The notes under the pieces are model-generated. The model worked only from the letters and a program-made list of their open reading frames with translations. It did no database searches and was not told the origin of the DNA. A DNA stretch of 64,000 bases from an uncultured cyanobacterium (lineage in GTDB: Bacteria; Cyanobacteriota; Cyanobacteriia; Leptolyngbyales; Leptolyngbyaceae): NCBI GenBank assembly GCA_963766075.1, contig CAVYAN010000072.1, positions 160,001 to 224,000 on the forward strand, read 5' to 3'. The position numbers and the translations under genes were made by a program. The number at the start of each line of letters is the position of its first letter. Within the stretch, counting starts at the first letter, position 1. Below, one piece after another: positions 61,973-64,000 of this stretch.

Positions 61973-62403
61973 TCTTGCCCCCATCAGCGATCGTCTATAT
62001 CGATACCGCGATCCTCATTTATACAGTCGAAGCAAATCCAACGTACTTCACAGCCCTGCAACCACTGTGGCAACAGTTTCAAGCGGGCAACATAGAAATC
62101 ATCACCAGCGAATTAACCTTGATGGAGACCTTGGTCATGCCACTCAGAAATTCTGACCCCATATTGGCCTCTGATTATGAACAAATCCTAACTTCCTCTG
62201 AAATTCAACTACTCCCAATCACTCCATCAATCCTTAAAGCGGCCGCCCATATCAGAGCCACAAAAAACTTAAAAACACCAGATGCCATCCATGCCAGTAC
62301 TGCTATAAAGCATTCCTGTACTGTTTTTCTAACGAACGATAGAGGTTTTCAAGATACACCAAATCTACCCGTAATGATTCTCAGCGAAATTATCCAATCA
62401 TGA
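61960..62403 (+). CDS. Cassette C gene 2: PIN-domain (VapC-like) toxin
   Basis: YIDT-ILIY, SELT-E, LKTPDAIH-STA, FLTND acidic PIN residues. Confidence 0.9.
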   Translation: MGQLVLPPSAIVYIDTAILIYTVEANPTYFTALQPLWQQFQAGNIEIITSELTLMETLVMPLRNSDPILASDYEQILTSSEIQLLPITPSILKAAAHIRATKNLKTPDAIHASTAIKHSCTVFLTNDRGFQDTPNLPVMILSEIIQS

Positions 62404-62406
62404 AAA

Positions 62407-62473
62407 GCGGTTCGCCTCGGGCTTAACCGAAGCCTAGAAAGCCACCCTCAAAGCCCTGGGAGCGGTAGAGAAT
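62407..62473 (+). repeat. Array repeat R5 (internally deleted, GAG>TAG change)
   Basis: gcggttcgcc…ggcttaaccgaagcctagaaagccaccctcaaagccctgggagcggtagagaat plus A-rich tract. Confidence 0.88.
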
Positions 62474-62518
62474 TAAAAATTAAAAAATGTAAAACTAAAA
62501 ATGGAGTAAGGAGAACAT

Positions 62519-62758
62519 ATGCAATCAGCATTACGGATTACAACAACAGTTCTTTCAGGAGGCAAAATAGAACTTCAACTGCCGCTCGAATCAGTGGGTG
62601 ATGAAGTTGAAGTCTTTGTCGTGTTGCCTGAAAAACCGCAACCGCAGAAACGCTCCATTCTGGAGTTCTTTGCAGACGTTCACCGGCAAGGGCCATTCCG
62701 AACACCCGACGAAATTGATCGGGACATCCAGATGGAGAAAGATGCATGGGACAACTAA
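62519..62758 (+). CDS. Cassette D gene 1: putative antitoxin
   Basis: 79 aa, TAAGGAG RBS; RT-DEID-DIQ-E-D-WD tail like the cassette C antitoxin. Confidence 0.7.
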   Translation: MQSALRITTTVLSGGKIELQLPLESVGDEVEVFVVLPEKPQPQKRSILEFFADVHRQGPFRTPDEIDRDIQMEKDAWDN

Positions 62759-63029
62759 GCATCCCTGACGGCGCAACCCTCTACCTGGATACAGCCCCGA
62801 TCATCTACAGCAGTTTCTATCCTCACGGATTACCCTTTTTCCAGTTCATGATTCTATCCTGAGATTAGCGGCGCAACTCCGAGCCACAAACAGCCTCAAA
62901 ACTCCCGATGCGATTCATGCAGCGACGGCGCTCAATGTCGGTTGTACCCAATTTCTGACCAACGATGCGGGTTTACGAACTATTCCAGGATTATCAGTGG
63001 TGGTTCTGAAGGATGTGTTGAATGCTTAA
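62746..63029 (+). pseudogene. Cassette D gene 2: PIN/VapC toxin remnant with internal deletion and frameshift
   Basis: MGQLSIPDGATLYLDTAPIIYS, then in another frame QFLSSRITLFPVHDSILRLAAQLRATNSLKTPDAIHAATALNVGCTQFLTNDAGL…*; about 50 central codons are missing relative to the cassette C toxin. Confidence 0.85.
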
Positions 63030-63031
63030 AT

Positions 63032-63126
63032 GCGATCGCCCCTAGGTCAGCATGAACAACACGGTCATCAAAGGCTCAAACAAAACAGAGAAAGCCACAC
63101 TCAAAACTCTGGGAGCGGTGGAGAAT
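63032..63126 (+). repeat. Array repeat R6 (most diverged, starts with HIP1)
   Basis: gcgatcgcccctaggtcagcatgaacaacacggtcatcaaaggctcaaacaaaacagagaaagccacactcaaaactctgggagcggtggagaat. Confidence 0.88.
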
Positions 63127-63401
63127 GTAAAATTAAAAATGGAGAATATACCCATGAGTTCGTCAGTTCCAATGGCAAAAGCTCGGGCCCACCAATATCT
63201 CACCCATCACACAGCATTCCAGTTCAATGGATAACCATCCTTACATTTCCCAAGACCCGCGCCGACTGCGTCACCTTTGCAGACTCTGAATAATCCGCCA
63301 ACCATCCAAGCCTTAAATTTTCTAACAGTCCGTGACAAAACCCGACCGATGCCGCCATCACCCGATACGATCGCGGAGACAGACGCAGGGAGCGGCGGGA
63401 T

Positions 63402-64000
63402 ATGGATCGGGATATGGGCAAGATGTGTGCGGACATTCTGGGGCAGTTTGCCCAATTGCAGGCAGCGTTACGCGATCGCTGGCGCACATCCGCCAACTTC
63501 GACGACAGTACCGCCGACATTGTCATTGTGCCCTCCCTCAGCTTGGATCAGCGGGAAATGATGAAGGTGGCGGGGGCCAACCACTACGAGGAACGGCTGC
63601 TGTTTTCATTGATTCGGCTGCGGCATCCACACACGCGCTTGGTGTACATCACCTCCCAGCCCCTGCATCCCAGTGTGATTGATTACTACTTGCAATTGCT
63701 GCCGGGGATTCCCTTCTCCCACGCCCGCGATCGCCTGCTGCTGCTGTCCACCTATGATTCCTCCCTAACGCCCCTCAGTCAAAAGATCCTAGATCGCCCC
63801 CGGTTGATCGAACGGATTCGGCAAGCAGTTCAGCCCCAACGGGCCTATATGATTTGCTACAATTCCACCCCTGCCGAGCGCGAACTGGCCGTGAAGTTGG
63901 ACATTCCCCTATTTGCCCTTGATCCCGCTCTGCTAAGGTGGGGCACGAAAGCAGGCAGTCGCCAAATTTTTGCCGAGGCCAGAATTCCCCATCCCGATGG
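63402..64000 (+). CDS. PGM1-related ATP-grasp peptide ligase-like protein (runs off the window)
   Basis: Manual translation …DIVIVPSLSLDQ…HYEERLLFSLIRLR…IDYYLQLLPGIPFSHARDRL…WGTK-GSR; absent from the ORF track because there is no stop. Confidence 0.75.
   Translation, partial: MDRDMGKMCADILGQFAQLQAALRDRWRTSANFDDSTADIVIVPSLSLDQREMMKVAGANHYEERLLFSLIRLRHPHTRLVYITSQPLHPSVIDYYLQLLPGIPFSHARDRLLLLSTYDSSLTPLSQKILDRPRLIERIRQAVQPQRAYMICYNSTPAERELAVKLDIPLFALDPALLRWGTKAGSRQIFAEARIPHPD

Larger units (their letters stand above)
1..64000. repeat. HIP1 octamer (GCGATCGC) dispersed at high frequency; cyanobacterial genome signature
   Basis: GCGATCGC recurs throughout coding and non-coding DNA (e.g. 553, 1011, 5854, 19605, 60995, 63032); not counted exactly. 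Confidence 0.95.

Noticed and set aside
59832..63126. CRISPR array
   Set aside because: Repeats are 70-95 bp, protein-coding-derived and separated by 0.5-0.7 kb gene-containing intervals; no cas genes
59832..63126. Classical integron with attC sites
   Set aside because: No tyrosine integrase in the window; repeats lack RYYYAAC…GTTRRRY ends and a long hairpin
1..64000. tRNA, rRNA, IS transposase or prophage genes
   Set aside because: None recognised; nearly all sequence is accounted for by the listed CDSs

Overview
Cyanobacterial chromosomal segment, judged from the very frequent HIP1 octamer GCGATCGC, ycf54, cyanobacteriochrome GAF domains and STRR-type repeats. The first ~45 kb is mostly housekeeping and signalling genes (thyX, metF, trpS, rpsU, apt, ycf54, pdxJ, rfbF). 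It also holds a nucleoside-type ABC operon interrupted by an antisense 6.4-kb CBS-PAS-GAF hybrid kinase. From 38.5 kb on, three TIR/STAND-type genes are interleaved with a TetR-HlyD-ABC efflux operon, and many single-base indels there look like consensus errors. The most unusual structure is at 55.4-63.2 kb. A NACHT-WD40 gene has a compositionally foreign, AT-rich WD40 half bounded by HIP1-like sites. Its conserved last ~30 codons recur five more times downstream as a ~70-95 bp direct repeat. Each pair of repeats brackets one compact two-gene toxin-antitoxin-like cassette. The array decays towards its distal end and no integrase is visible in the window. This suggests an integron-like cassette array that uses the 3' end of a STAND gene as its recombination site. 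The mechanism is inferred, not shown.
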